A DNA stretch of 64,000 bases from Octopus vulgaris (lineage: Eukaryota). Under the pieces are notes generated by a model. The model ran no database searches and had not been told where the DNA came from. It worked only from the letters and a program-made list of their open reading frames with translations. The stretch is taken from contig OX597838.1 in NCBI GenBank assembly GCA_951406725.2, positions 20,088,001 through 20,152,000 of the forward strand, given 5' to 3'. The translations under genes and the position numbers were made by a program. Below are positions 26,519-38,672 of this stretch, piece after piece; position 1 is the stretch's first letter; each line of letters starts with the position of its first letter.

Positions 26519-27781
26519 TTTGATAATGGCAAGCAGTAAAACTTCAGAATATTGTTACTTTAGATTTGCAACTTTGGTGATGGAGAGACAAACGAAAACT
26601 CTTGGAACACTGAAATCTTCTGGTTAAAGTGGAAGCGTCACGTTCAGCGTTCTACATCAGGGTTAGGGCAATTTACAGTTGCTTACATGGCGAGTTAGGC
26701 AAGTACTAATTTTAGACAATGGCGACGAAGAAAGTCAGCAAACACTCGTGCTTAGTAATGGTGTTTAGGAAGCTGTTCGGAAACACATTGGAAAGGGAAA
26801 GCTTTCACTACTTCATGGAATAGGAAAAAAAGCAAAGAATTGGATGATTTTCTTTCATTTTTTTTTCTTCTGAGTATTCCTGCCTTTCATACAACAGGAA
26901 TTACGATTGCGAAAGAAATTTTTTTCAGGATTTAAAAAAAATATATATTCCTCCTCCCCATCACCAATTCCATATTCTGCCCTTATCCTTCGCCATAGCT
27001 AGTGATAGCTTTTCCAAAACCACATAATAGTTAAAGTTGGGATAAGTAAAATTATGTTCCGTTTATGGCTTGATACTGACAGCAGGAAATATGCATTTTT
27101 GTCGTAATGTTTACAAACGAATTTTGCATATTTAACGCGCTGGAATACGATATCGCAGGATGGATGCAGGAAAGACGAACCAGTGCTTCGTATGCGTATG
27201 ATTTTCATTTTGTATTTCAAGTTTTCGATGAAATGAAGATTAAGTTCTTATTTTACTCTGTATGACGTATTGTTTACAAATAAAGCGACGCTTTTGCTTT
27301 CGTTTGGAGATTTGAATTTCCCATGCCTGTCACTGGCTGTCATATAAAAAATAAAGTCTCCAGAGATGTCCTAGCCGAACTACTGTGAGTCAAAATTCCG
27401 CTGGAATCTTCTTGTCACATTTCTAGAATGAATAAAGTAAAGATCAATATATTGAGGTTGAGTTAATCAGCAATGCTCATTTGTTATAAGACTGGCCTTG
27501 TGTTCAGTGAAGAAGAAAATGTATAAATATGGCTGCGAATCGTAGCCATTGATTTCGCTCTTCACTGTGAGAGTGTAAAATGATATTAATCAATTCATTA
27601 TAGGGAATAAGAAAAGCAACACAAACAGTCTGTGCCGACGGATTTATAATTGATATAAATCGATTGAGAAACTGCTATTCACTGTCTCATGTTCGCATTT
27701 ATATGTGTGCGCGCCTGTCTATGTGTGTCTGTATGTGTGTGCGTATGTGTATTGCAGACAATTAAAATAGCAGTCAGTAAC

Positions 27782-27831
27782 ATGAGGTAAGAATATATTC
27801 GTATGAAGCCGACAGTTTGCTACCTAGCAAC
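27782..27831 (+). promoter_or_regulatory. Candidate 5' gene end: ATGAG|GTAAGA donor plus RFX X-box-like motif
   Basis: Donor at 27786/27787; GCTACCTAGCAAC (27819-27831) approximates the RFX X-box; sits at the switch from CpG-rich to CpG-poor sequence. Confidence 0.3.
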
Positions 27832-28429
27832 TCAGAGTCTCAAGTAATGCGTTCGTTCAGGCAGACGGAGAGAGAGAGACAACCGAATAACATGACTAAG
27901 TCACGGAAACTCCGAGTAGCCTTGGCTTGAATTATCAAGTACATACATGTACACGCACGCACACACACACAGAGGCATTTTAGTATATGTATGTGTGTGT
28001 GTTTGCTTGATAATCATTCAAATCTGAAAGATTTATTGAACCTATCTTGTGTAACTGAGTAAATTAAAGTATGCTTTTTTGACTCAGAATATTTCTCGTA
28101 TAATTGCATCTTCGAGTTAGATTGGATAGAGTCAACATCGGATCTTTTCACTTTGACCGGCGGATTTAAAAAATAATTTCTTTGAAACTAAACATTTTAA
28201 AACTTCGTATACTGGTAGAATGTGTCACATAAAACATCTTGCCGGTCAAAGTGGAAAGATCCTAAACATCTTTTACTCAGTGTAACGTATATTTTAACAA
28301 ATTTCACTTACCCTCTGAGCACGATGTTTCACTTTATTAGCCATCTTTTGAAATATTTCAAAGATTATCATACATTTGAGGGAATACAGGAAATAGTTGA
28401 CTGGTTTGCTGTGGCAGCTCATGTATTTG

Positions 28430-28800
28430 GGTAACAATTCAAGATTCAAATGTGATGAGTGCCAATAAGCCACTTAAATGGGTCAGGTCATCTTGGAAAT
28501 GCAGTAAATTTTAAGAGTACTCTTGATGATGAAATGATTGTTAGAATATTTAAGAAGACAAATGCTTTTGGAAAACTTTCACATTGTTTGTGGGATTAAC
28601 GTAGTGTCAGTTCGAAGACTAAAATAAGTGTATACAAATCTTGTATTTCAAGCACAGTTTTGTATGGGAAGAAGTATGGATTTCCTACTATAGACATATG
28701 AAGAAACTTGAAACCTTTCACATGTGCTGTCTGTGCAATATAGGTAACATAAAATGTCAATGTTAGAAAAAATGACAAAGTAACACCACCTGGGGAACTT
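28430..28800 (+). pseudogene. Decayed RTE LINE ORF2 3' fragment
   Basis: Remnants NAFGKL, KTKISVYKSCISSTVLYG, HMKKLETFH. Confidence 0.65.
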
Positions 28801-29499
28801 TTCATGACTTAATAGCACCAACTGTGATGTAGAACACATTTTTGATTTGCTGCAAAATCGAACTTTGGCCCCAAAAGACCCCACTATGTCAAGCTTCCAG
28901 ACAAGCATGCAAGCAAAAAGGCAAGCAAGCAAGGAGGTAGCTAGGCAAGCAGGTAGGCATGCTAGTAAGACACAGCATCCAGACAAAATGGCTTAATTCC
29001 AGCGACTGCCAAATAAATGTTTACCTTGCAGATGCTCAGCTGAGATGAAAATCTGTCAGGTACAGTGTCCACAACACTGCACTCAAGGGTCCCAACAACA
29101 AAAGGGACAAGACATAGGACTGGCTGTTTTGAAGTGAGCTCAGGTAAGATCACTGCTGTCAATGAAGTAAAGTAAACTGCACTACTCTAACACAAACACT
29201 ACCCCATCCTGGCAACCCTGAAAGAGCTAAGGACAGCAAGATGTAAGGTAGAGAACACAGCCAGCTAACGGCAAATGGCTATTGACTGCAGCTCAGTGAA
29301 GGTTTCAGTCATCATGTGATACAGATACATATATAGAGTATATGAAAAGACAAAAAAACTATTAACCCATCTAGAGTAAGAGAGCACCTTTGAAAACCAT
29401 AATAAGAAGGGACCATCAAACACAAAGGAAAGCATATAAAAAGAGGGATTGGAGTACTGCTTTTAATTCTTGAGCAGCATCAGGAGGAACTGATGATGC

Positions 29500-30050
29500 C
29501 AAAAAGCTAAACGAAGCCATCAAAAGTGACTGCAATTAATTACAGAAGAATTTCTTTGCAGAGCATTGCTGGGAAAGTCTTCCTCTGCATGGCACTGAGA
29601 AGGCTGCTGAAAATCCTCAAAGAGTATATCTCAAGTCCCTATCTAGTTTCATGTCAGAACATTCAACAGTCAACACAATCTGCTAACTTGAAAAACTTGA
29701 GAAAAGTAGAGAACAAAGATAACAATTTGACATCATTTTCACTGAGCTCTCCTTCACTGCCTCCACTGACAAAAGCCTTTGACCAATGACATAGCAATGG
29801 GTTCTCAGTACTCAGGGGCAAAAACACTTTCAACACTGATAACATTAATTAATAGGTATGATAAGTAAGAAAACTTTCCACACCTTCACTTGTGTATCAG
29901 AGGGTGACTACCTCCTTGTATCTCCTTGTTATGCCTCAAACTTTGACCTTTGAAGACCTTGACAGGATTCTCAGAATAGTTCAATGATTCTACACAGATG
30001 TGAAGGACATCATTCAGTTTGGTGCCTCTTCTTCAAAGACCTTCAACAGA
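29500..30050 (+). pseudogene. Decayed RTE LINE RT fragment
   Basis: NYRRISLQSIAGKVF..LRRL and LTKAFD motifs. Confidence 0.7.
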
Positions 30051-30056
30051 TAGATA

Positions 30057-30579
30057 CCATAAATCCTCAAGTATAATCCACATTTTTCTCCCCAAATTTA
30101 GGGGTCAAAATCCCTAGTGCATACTATATATGAGGTAAAAATGAAAAATATTTTCTAAGCAATGTCTGAGTCTCTAATTGCTGTCCGGTAATGTTTATTC
30201 AAATGCATTTTGTGATGTCGAGTGCTAAAATACCTTAAGCTAAGCCTGGAAGCAATTGAAGTCATGAAAAGAATCAAGCATAACTTGCAGTAAGCAACAT
30301 TTATTAAAATAAAAGTATTCAGAACACAGAATAACAGGTAACAAAAACAATTTGCAAACATATTTACATTCCCATATAACGGTTAAGAACATCACCATTT
30401 TTCTATTACGCATGCATGGAAGTGTTTGTTCAACTAGGTGCTGCTGGCTTAATTATGCATGACTCAAGTTAGAGAAGGGGTGCATATTATACACAAGGTT
30501 TAGGTTTTTCAGAGGTACAGCCCCCTAAAAATCCCCTGCGTATTATACTCAAGGGCGGACTATACTCGAGGATTTACTG
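30057..30579. mobile_element. Tc1/mariner-pogo type MITE with TA TSD
   Basis: TIRs CCATAAATCCTCAAGTATAATCC / GGACTATACTCGAGGATTTACTG, flanked by TA on both sides. Confidence 0.8.
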
Positions 30580-30635
30580 TACTCAGCATCTATTTTACCA
30601 AGTGTGCCTTTGGAGCATCATCTGATTGTGTCTAT

Positions 30636-30942
30636 TTTCATTAAGCTAGTGTTGGGAACATAAATTGTGACTAAGGTTTGGTGGAGAATTTTAATTCAGA
30701 ACTTTTGAAAACAAGACATTTGTACTATAGAGCCTGAGGCGATTTCAGCTGGGTTGGTATCAAAAGGGTTAAATATAACAAGAGATTTAGTAAAATAACT
30801 TAGTTTATCATTAAGCTAGTGTTAGGAACATAAATTGTGACTTAGGTTCGGTGGAAGATTTTAATTCAGAACTTTTGAAAACAAGACGTTTGTACTACAG
30901 AGCCAGCGGCGGTTTCAGCCGGGTTGGTATCAAAAGGGTTAA
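30636..30942 (-). mobile_element. Two tandem partial piggyBac-type MITEs
   Basis: Both end GGGTTGGTATCAAAAGGG-TTAA; bodies match the element at 48949-49169. Confidence 0.75.
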
Positions 30943-31156
30943 TTCCAATGACGTAAGAAACGTAACTGTATTGTCACTGTTAATTACATTTAAACAAATA
31001 TCCTATACAACATAATTCCTTTCAGATGTTCTTTTATCTTTTATCTGACTGTCATTCTGTGTGCACCTATACAGCCACAACAGATGCTGCACTGCTGTCA
31101 GCAGGTGACATGATTTCTTCAGGCACAGATCCATGGTCTCTTGAGACCATCAGATG

Positions 31157-31157
31157 C

Positions 31158-31208
<51 letters not shown>
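31157..31208. repeat. (CTA)n microsatellite
   Basis: Direct reading; explains the poly-Leu ORF. Confidence 0.95.
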
Positions 31209-31209
<1 letters not shown>

Positions 31210-31563
31210 CTTTATTTTGTTTCAGTCATTTTGACTGTGACCATGCTGGGGCATCACTTTGAAGGGTTTTAGCCAAACAAATCGACTCTAGGACTTATTT
31301 TTTGTTAATTTTTGCCAAACTGCTAAATTATGTAGATGTAAACACCACCACCGGTTGCTAAGTGGTGGTGGGGGATAAGCACAGACACAAAGATACACGC
31401 ACGCACACACACACACACACACACTCTCTCACACACACACACACACACACACTCTCTCACACACACACACGCATGCATATATGATAGACATCTTTCAGTT
31501 TCCATCTACCTAATCCACTTGGAAGACTTTGGTTGGCATGAGGATATAGAAGACACTTGCCCA

Positions 31564-31764
31564 GGGCAACGAGCTAGCAGAATCGTTGGCGTGCCGGGTG
31601 AACTGCTAAAACGGTATTTTGTCAGTCTTTACGTTCTGAGTTCAAATTCCGCCAAGATCGACCTTGCCTTTCATCATTTCGAGGTTGATAAAAAAGTACC
31701 AGTTGAACACTGAAGGTCGATGTAATCGACTCACCCCAAGCTTCCCTTGTGGCAAAAATTTGAA
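31564..31764 (+). mobile_element. SINE family B variant nested inside a family A SINE (31210-31860), 18-bp TSD
   Basis: TSD ATAGAAGACACTTGCCCA at 31546-31563 and 31765-31782. Confidence 0.85.
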
Positions 31765-32134
31765 ATAGAAGACACTTGCCCATGGTGCCATGCAGTGGGA
31801 CTGAACCCTGAACCATGTGGCTGGGAAGCAAGCTTCTTACTACACAGCCATGCTTGCGCCTAGAGTTCTTTTATTCGTTTACTCTTCTACTTGTTTCAGT
31901 CTTTAGACTGTGGCCATGCAGTCTAATGAGTTTTTTTAGTTGAATTGATCCCAGTTCTTATTTTAAAATCTGATATTTACTCTGTCAGTCTCTTTTGCTG
32001 AACTGCTGAATAATGGTAACATAAACACACTAACACCAGTTGTCAACCAGTGGTGAGAGACAAACACAGATGCGAAGACAGACACACGCACACATGCACG
32101 CACACATATGTACGATGGATTTCTTTCAGTTTCT

Positions 32135-32548
32135 TATTTCTTTATTGCCCACAAGGGGCTAAACATAGAGTGGACAAACAAGGACAGACAAAGTGATTAA
32201 GTCGATTACATCGGCACCAGTGTGTAACTGGTACTTATTTTATCGACCCCGAAAGGATGAAAGGCAAAGTTGACCTCAGGGAATTTAAACTCAGAACGTA
32301 GCGGCAGACGAAATACCTATTTCTTTACTACCCACAAAGGGCTAAACATAGAGTGGACAAACAAGGACAGACAAAGGGATTAAGTCGATTACATCGACCC
32401 CAGTGCGTAACTGGTGCTTAATTTATCGACCCCAAAAGGATGAAAGGCAAAGTTGACCTCGGTGGAATTTGAACTCACAACGTAATGGCAGATGAAGTAC
32501 TGTTAAGCATTTTGCCCGGTGTGCTAACGTTTCTGCCATCTCGCCACC
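32135..32548 (-). mobile_element. SINE family B dimer nested in a family A SINE, 15-bp TSD
   Basis: Two tandem ~190-bp units; TSD TTTCTTTCAGTTTCT at 32120-32134 and 32549-32563. Confidence 0.88.
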
Positions 32549-34348
32549 TTTCTTTCAGTTTCTGCCTACCAAATTCACTCACAAGGCTTTGGTCAGCCCA
32601 AGGATATAGCAGATATAGTATATATTGCTCAAGGTGTCACACAATGGGACTGTACCTGTAACTATGTGGTTGGGAAGCAAGCTTCTTACCACACAGACAC
32701 ACCTGTTGATTACAATTCTGACAGACATCTATCTTGTAAAAGAGACAGCCATTCCTTTGTATCCTTTTTTCCAGTTTCATTTCATTGCTGAGATTTGTTT
32801 GAATATTCATAAAATATAAGGGTAACCAACTATAGAAACCAAGCCAAAACAGACAGGAGCCTGGAGCAGCTCTCCAAAATTTGAAACTATTATTTAACTC
32901 TGATCTCAGCTGACTTGAGTGGCTTCACTTTCTAGATCATAAAATGAAACATTGCCAAATAAGACGTCTGTTTCTGTAATTAGAAAATTAAGCTGGATAA
33001 GTTTGATTTGTCAAACAATTAGATCTTATGTGAGTGAATGATGGTAGTATGGTGATTAAGCAAACAGACATGAATGTTTGTAGGTGAGATTGAGATTTTT
33101 AAGTGCATAAAATATCTGCACCTCTGACATATCATTCTATGTCTACATGTTCCTCCAAATCTGACTTGCTGTTTTCTTTTGAAGACTGTTTCTCGCTCTC
33201 TTTCTCTCTGGCACATTAGGTATGGGGAGCTCAGGTAATGTGATAATAGGTCAAGAGACACAATAGCTGGTGTATTCTTGCCAGTCCAACATTTGGAAGG
33301 GTTTGCCACGCAGAAGTAGCAATTACTTTAGGAGTGATTGGGTTCCTGTCAGATTCTTAGGATAGTGAAATTCATAGTGCCCTTTTCTCTTTGTACCATC
33401 CTGCAAAAGAGCAGAATAAAACTGTAATTAAAAAAAGAAAAAATTATTTTGCCCATGACTAACGTGTAAGAGTTTCTCACAGCATATTTCATATCTGATA
33501 TATTTTTCTATGGAAACTTGGGGGAAAAAAAAAAATTTTTAAGTGTAAATTTTTAGAATTCTAAAATTTTTTATAATATAAAATTCCACTTTTCAAGCTA
33601 GCAAAAATTACCACCTAGAGATATTTTGCAGTGCTGTAGGTGAAATGAAGTGCCCAGAGTTTGTCATGATCCCCAACAAGCATGTTAAAATAAGCCTGGT
33701 AGACCTCATATATCTTAACAGATGCTGTCACAGAGTACTTTATCTATCCAGTCTTGATAAATTGGCACCATACATAGCAAAATGCATCTAAACACATGTG
33801 CACTTTCTCTGATAAATGCAGATAAGGCTATTCACTTAAGCAACCAGAACAAAACCAAAATGGTGAACTTTGAGCTGATGTATTTGTATTACTATTTATA
33901 TAGATGCAGGTGTGGTTGTGTGATTCCTGGTTCAGTCTCAGTGTGTGACACCTTAGTTCTTTACTAGAGCCCTGGACAACCAAAAGCCTTGTGAGTTGAT
34001 TTGGTAGACAGAAATGGAAAAAATGTCCAGTGTGTGTGTGTGGTGTGTATGTGTGTGTGTGTGTGTGTGTGTAAGTTGCTTGCCTCTGAGCAAGCATTGG
34101 CAAGCTTTTAGCCAAATTTGATGCAGATTCATAGTCAATGTGATGATCACATGCTACACACGTTCCTTCCAAGTACTGCTGTAAACACTGGAAGTGAGCT
34201 TGAATCTTAAAACTTAGTGGTTATGCATAGCAGTGGTCAAGGTCAATTTTTGCCAAGCGGCTTCACTCTGAGTGCTTTATCGTTGGTACTATGGGAACAG
34301 TCCCGATAATTTTGATCAGACCTCGTATATATATAAATATATATACAT

Positions 34349-34407
<59 letters not shown>

Positions 34408-34614
34408 GTGAAATAGAAAGATGAATAATCTTGTAGTAGATTAATCAAAAGTTTAACCGATACCTTAGTAGCAAAAATCACAGCAGTAAAACAGCACGGT
34501 TGGAGGTACAACCATATGGTGTTGCAACCGTGCGTTGGTGCGGATAATTGAAATTAGAACATTATTGGTGAATTGAAGAAATGGAGCTGAACGCAGATTG
34601 AACAGAAATCGTTT

Positions 34615-34708
34615 TATTTCATTCTACACGTGTTTCGAAAGGCACAAATTCCCAAAATCCGATGGAATAATGGGACCATATTGTGTCTTTCTCTTCAGGA
34701 AGAAAATA
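34615..34708 (-). ncRNA. Type I hammerhead ribozyme (mirror copy)
   Basis: Reverse complement of the 34795-34887 motif. Confidence 0.75.
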
Positions 34709-34794
34709 GGAAATCCGTTGGAAAAACAAAAACAGAACAGAGGCGGAGCAAAAACAAATCGAACTATGCTCCTAAGAGCCCATGGCGGATTTCC

Positions 34795-34887
34795 TATTTT
34801 CTTCCTGAAGAGAAAGACACAATATGGTCCCATTATTCCATCGGATTTTGGAATTTGTGCCTTTCGAAACACGTGTAGAATGAAATA
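34795..34887 (+). ncRNA. Type I hammerhead ribozyme
   Basis: Core CTGAAGA 34805-34811; stem II GAAAGACACAA/TTGTGCCTTTC; GAAA 34866-34869; short palindromic stem III AC-ACGT-GT; GUA cleavage triplet (cut after 34877); stem I TATTTTCTTC/GAATGAAATA. Confidence 0.78.
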
Positions 34888-34969
34888 AAACGATTTCTGT
34901 TCAATCTGCGTTCAGCTCCATTTCTTCAATTCACCAATAATGTTATATATATATATATATATATATATA

Positions 34970-35162
34970 TCATCATCATCATCATCATCATCGTTTAGCG
35001 TCCGTTTTCCATGCTAGCATGGGTTGGACAGTTCTACTGGGGTCTGTGAAGCCAGAAGGCTTCATCAGGCCCAGTCAAATCTGGCAGTGTTTCTATGGCT
35101 GGATGCCCTTCCTAACGCCAACCACTCCGTGAGTGTAGTGGGTGCTTTTTACGTGCCACCCG
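34970..35162 (-). mobile_element. SINE family C fragment
   Basis: (CAT)n plus CTGGATGCCCTTCCTAACGCCAACCACTCCG. Confidence 0.8.
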
Positions 35163-35194
35163 CATATATATATATATATATATATACATATATG

Positions 35195-35245
<51 letters not shown>

Positions 35246-35246
<1 letters not shown>

Positions 35247-35454
35247 CAAAATGTGACCACATGTGTACCGTTGGCGATTTTTATCCTCCATCTTCCCTTC
35301 TTTGGATCTTTCCTTTTCCTATGTTTCTGACGAAGAGCTCCACTCGAAACGTTAAACCCTCCTTCTTCCCTTCCTTCCTGACCATCCAATAATACTATAT
35401 TTGTTCCACGTCCTCGCGTTGTTGTATTTTCTCTTTGTGTTTTCATGTTTGGAT

Positions 35455-35460
<6 letters not shown>
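35246..35460 (+). mobile_element. Penelope-like terminal fragment in (TA)n with minimal hammerhead (35323-35357)
   Basis: GTTT-CTGACGA-A-GAG(CTCCA)CTC-GAAA-CGT-T-AAAC; 3' part recurs at 42835-42940, also next to (TA)n. Confidence 0.7.
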
Positions 35461-35519
<59 letters not shown>

Positions 35520-35568
35520 TCTGTAAAAACATAAACCCGATAGAAGAAGCACATTCTTGCTATGTACA

Positions 35569-35677
<109 letters not shown>

Positions 35678-35872
35678 ATTTGAAACAGTTTGATTTGGCT
35701 CCATGCAACTTAAAGTATTGCAGGCCTCTAACAGGTTTAGATTACTGATAGATTCGGTTGACTCAGGGCTGTTGTAGAAGACACTTGCTCAAGGTGTCAA
35801 CGCAATGGGACTGAACCCGGAACCATGTGTTAGGTGAGCAAACTTCTTACTACACAACCACTCTGCACCTAT

Positions 35873-35914
35873 AAAAAAATATGGAACGCTTCACGAATTT
35901 GCGTGTCATCCTTG
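35873..35914 (-). pseudogene. U6: U6 snRNA 3'-end fragment
   Basis: Minus strand CAAGGATGACACGCAAATTCGTGAAGCGTTCCATATTTTTTT matches the conserved metazoan U6 3' end; 5' portion with the ACAGAGA box absent. Confidence 0.92.
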
Positions 35915-36334
35915 TATGGAGACAAAATTTTCCAAATGTTGACCTAATCTTTATTGGATTTTATTATAAGGTTAGAGAAGGGATGAAAATTTAATATAAC
36001 AATGGATTTTGTTTGTTTCGTAGTTATTTTATTAGTTTTTAATAATGTCGAAGCAAAGATACATTAACCTTGATGAACGTTACAATAAGGTTGACATAAG
36101 TTACGTCCCTTGGTTTTCAATTTTACAAGTTATTTCCCTTTATATCTCATCCCTTCCAGAAAATGTGTGTGAAACATGCGTATGTATGTAAATGTATTTA
36201 CGTGTGTGTTTATGTGTATGTACATGTATGTGATGTGTGTGTTTTAATATTTCGCTAAGGCATTGCGATACTAATAACCTAGTGTAGAACTCAATATACA
36301 ATGCTTCTGAACGAAGCGTTTTGTAGTGAATAAG

Positions 36335-36618
36335 AAAAGAGACGACAAAGGAATAAACGGTTGTCTTATGAAGTCCATTAGCTTAAAGCTGTTTCCACTA
36401 TAAAATGCTGTAGACTCCATAGCTGAGTACCTGAGTAACATATTACAGTTTCATCAGAGCACAAAGTATGAAGTACACTTGAAGTTTGGAGCTCTGATGA
36501 AGCTGTAATGTGTTACTCAGGCACTAAACTATAAGTCTGCTGCATCTAATAGTGGAAACAGCAGTAGTAAGCTAATGAACTTCATAAGATAATCCCTTAT
36601 TCCTTTATCATCTCTTTT
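36335..36618. mobile_element. Older Penelope-like inverted repeat with degenerate hammerheads, adjacent to (TA)n
   Basis: Arms 36335-36460 and 36491-36618 are imperfect reverse complements; each reads CTCTGATGAA.CTGTAAT...ATAGTGGAAACAGC..TA. Confidence 0.65.
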
Positions 36619-36620
36619 TG

Positions 36621-36662
<42 letters not shown>

Positions 36663-36866
36663 CTAACCTCCTCCCCATAAATTTCAGACCTTAACTTTGC
36701 CAAAATAGACCTCGCTGGTGCTAGTGTCATGTAAAAAACCCTTAATCCATTCTATAAGGTGGTTCGCATTAGGAAGGGCATCCATCTGTAAAAGCCATGT
36801 CAAAATAGACAATGAAGCCTGGTGGAATTTTCTGGTTTGCCAGCTCCTGTCAAACCATGATAATCA

Positions 36867-37432
36867 CTAGCACTATGACCTGGCATTGTCAGGTCTAGTG
36901 CTAGTCAAGCATATTTGGTCTTTCATGAAAATCCCACTCTCTTGTCATTCACTTGGTCTAACTCATTAATTATTCCCTGCATTTCTCAAATCAAAAAAGC
37001 GTGCACGTTTGAAAGCCAAAACATGTGATAACACGTCTTCGCAAAACACAAAAATGCGCTGAGTCATACAGACTGTCTGCAAATGCACACGTGCATTCAA
37101 CTGTCAACAGTAAAATTATCCCCGTTCAATCAAAAAACAGCTGGCAGTCTATTGGCATATCCAGCTGTACACATGTACTGCATACAAATTTCTGTTTTAG
37201 CAATTTTGAATGGATATGCCCATAACTTATGGGCATAAGGTGTCAGTTTATCGATTTTTTTTAATGGCTTTATGGGGTGACTGGGGAAATGAAAAGATCT
37301 TCATGACCACTCTCAGACAGTTTTGAAAGCCCATAGAAAATGCAAGCCTTTCACGTGAAAAACTGTGGATTTGTATAAAGGACACACAGACACACAAACA
37401 CACAGACATTTTGCTGTTTATTGATATAGAGA
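36867..37432 (-). mobile_element. Non-autonomous Helitron
   Basis: Minus strand A|TCTCTATATCAATAAA start with (TGTC/TG) repeats; 3' hairpin GACCTGACAATGCCAGGTC then CTAG|T. Confidence 0.75.
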
Positions 37433-38367
37433 TGATGTTGATGAAGGTGGCAAGCTGATAGAATTTCTCATCAATGCCAGACAAAATGATCTGTAGCATT
37501 TCTTCTATCTTTACTTTCTGAATTCAGATGCTGCCAAAATCGTCTTTGCATGTCATCCTTTCAGAGTCAAAATTCTTACTAGTACAGACTGAACTTTGTG
37601 GAAGGGGGCTCGTCAATTATGTTGACTCCAGTGCTTGACTAATTACTTGCCTTATTGACTCTGAAAAATATGAAAGGTGAAGTTGACCTCAATGGAATTT
37701 GAACATAAGGCTGGCAGAAATGCCACTAAGTACTTTGTTTGGTGTGCTAACAATTTTGCCATCTCACTTGCCTTCATAACATTTAATAAATAGCTACTAA
37801 TTGAAATGGCTCTCATATACTAGAAAGATTGGGAAAGTTGGATATATGTGTGTGTGTGGGATCTATTCAACGTACAGATTTTTTAATCAATTTTTTTTTT
37901 AACTAAACAATTTGAAACTTCGGATATTGGTAGAATGTGTCACATAGAACAGGGTTTACTCATAACGTTTTGGACAAAATTTTGTATTTTAGAAGTTATT
38001 TCTTGTTAAAGTTGTTGTGAAACCTTTGTGGACCACCAGGTCTCTGCAGACCACAGGTTGGGAACCACTATACTAATTTATGTTGGCTTGTATATTCTTT
38101 ACCAGGAAAAGACTTTGCATTTGTAACTCACTGTCTACCTAGTTTTCTGGAGATAATGTAGTTAATCTGACTTGTATGTTCACTAGATTTACAAATGATT
38201 AACTAGTTTCCTGTATTCAGCATTGCAGAAAATCAAGTCATTTGTATCACTGAACTTCAAGAGCTTTTATTCCTTCCTTATTTCTTGAACCAAAGCTGTA
38301 ACCTCCCATGTTCATCATAGTATCCATCACATGTCATTTAAAGTTATCACTTATGATCAGACAGTGG

Positions 38368-38672
38368 AGGCACAATGGCCCAGTGGTTAGAGCAGCAGAC
38401 TCGCAGTCGAAGGATCGTGGTTTCGATTCTCAGACCGGGTGTTGTGTGTGTTTATTGAGCGAAAACACCTAAAAATGCACCACGAGGATGGTAGGGGGTA
38501 GTGGGGGCCCCTGTTGTGCTCTTTCGCCCTAACTCTCTCTTCCTGTTTCTTGAGTAATGCTGCGATGGACTGGTGTCCTGTCCAGCTGGGGGGAACACAT
38601 ACGCCACAGAAACCGGGAAACCGGGCCCATGAGCCTGGCTAGGCTTGAAAAGATTGCATAAATAAAATAAAA
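38368..38672 (+). mobile_element. SINE family D (tRNA-Arg-like head, V-domain-like CTGCGATGGACTGG..CCTGTCCAG), full length
   Basis: A-box TGGCCCAGTGG, B-box GGTTTCGATTC, A-rich tail; related copy at 45290-45583. Confidence 0.8.

Larger units (their letters stand above)
34405..34944. mobile_element. Penelope-like element terminal fragment with inverted pseudo-LTR, inserted in (TA)n
   Basis: Arms 34558-34717 and 34786-34944 appear identical apart from a 1-nt indel, 68-nt spacer, (TA)n both sides, hammerhead in each arm. Confidence 0.75.

Noticed and set aside
34598-34888. Overlapping ORFs on both strands with similar peptides
   Set aside because: Consequence of the inverted repeat; not evidence of coding
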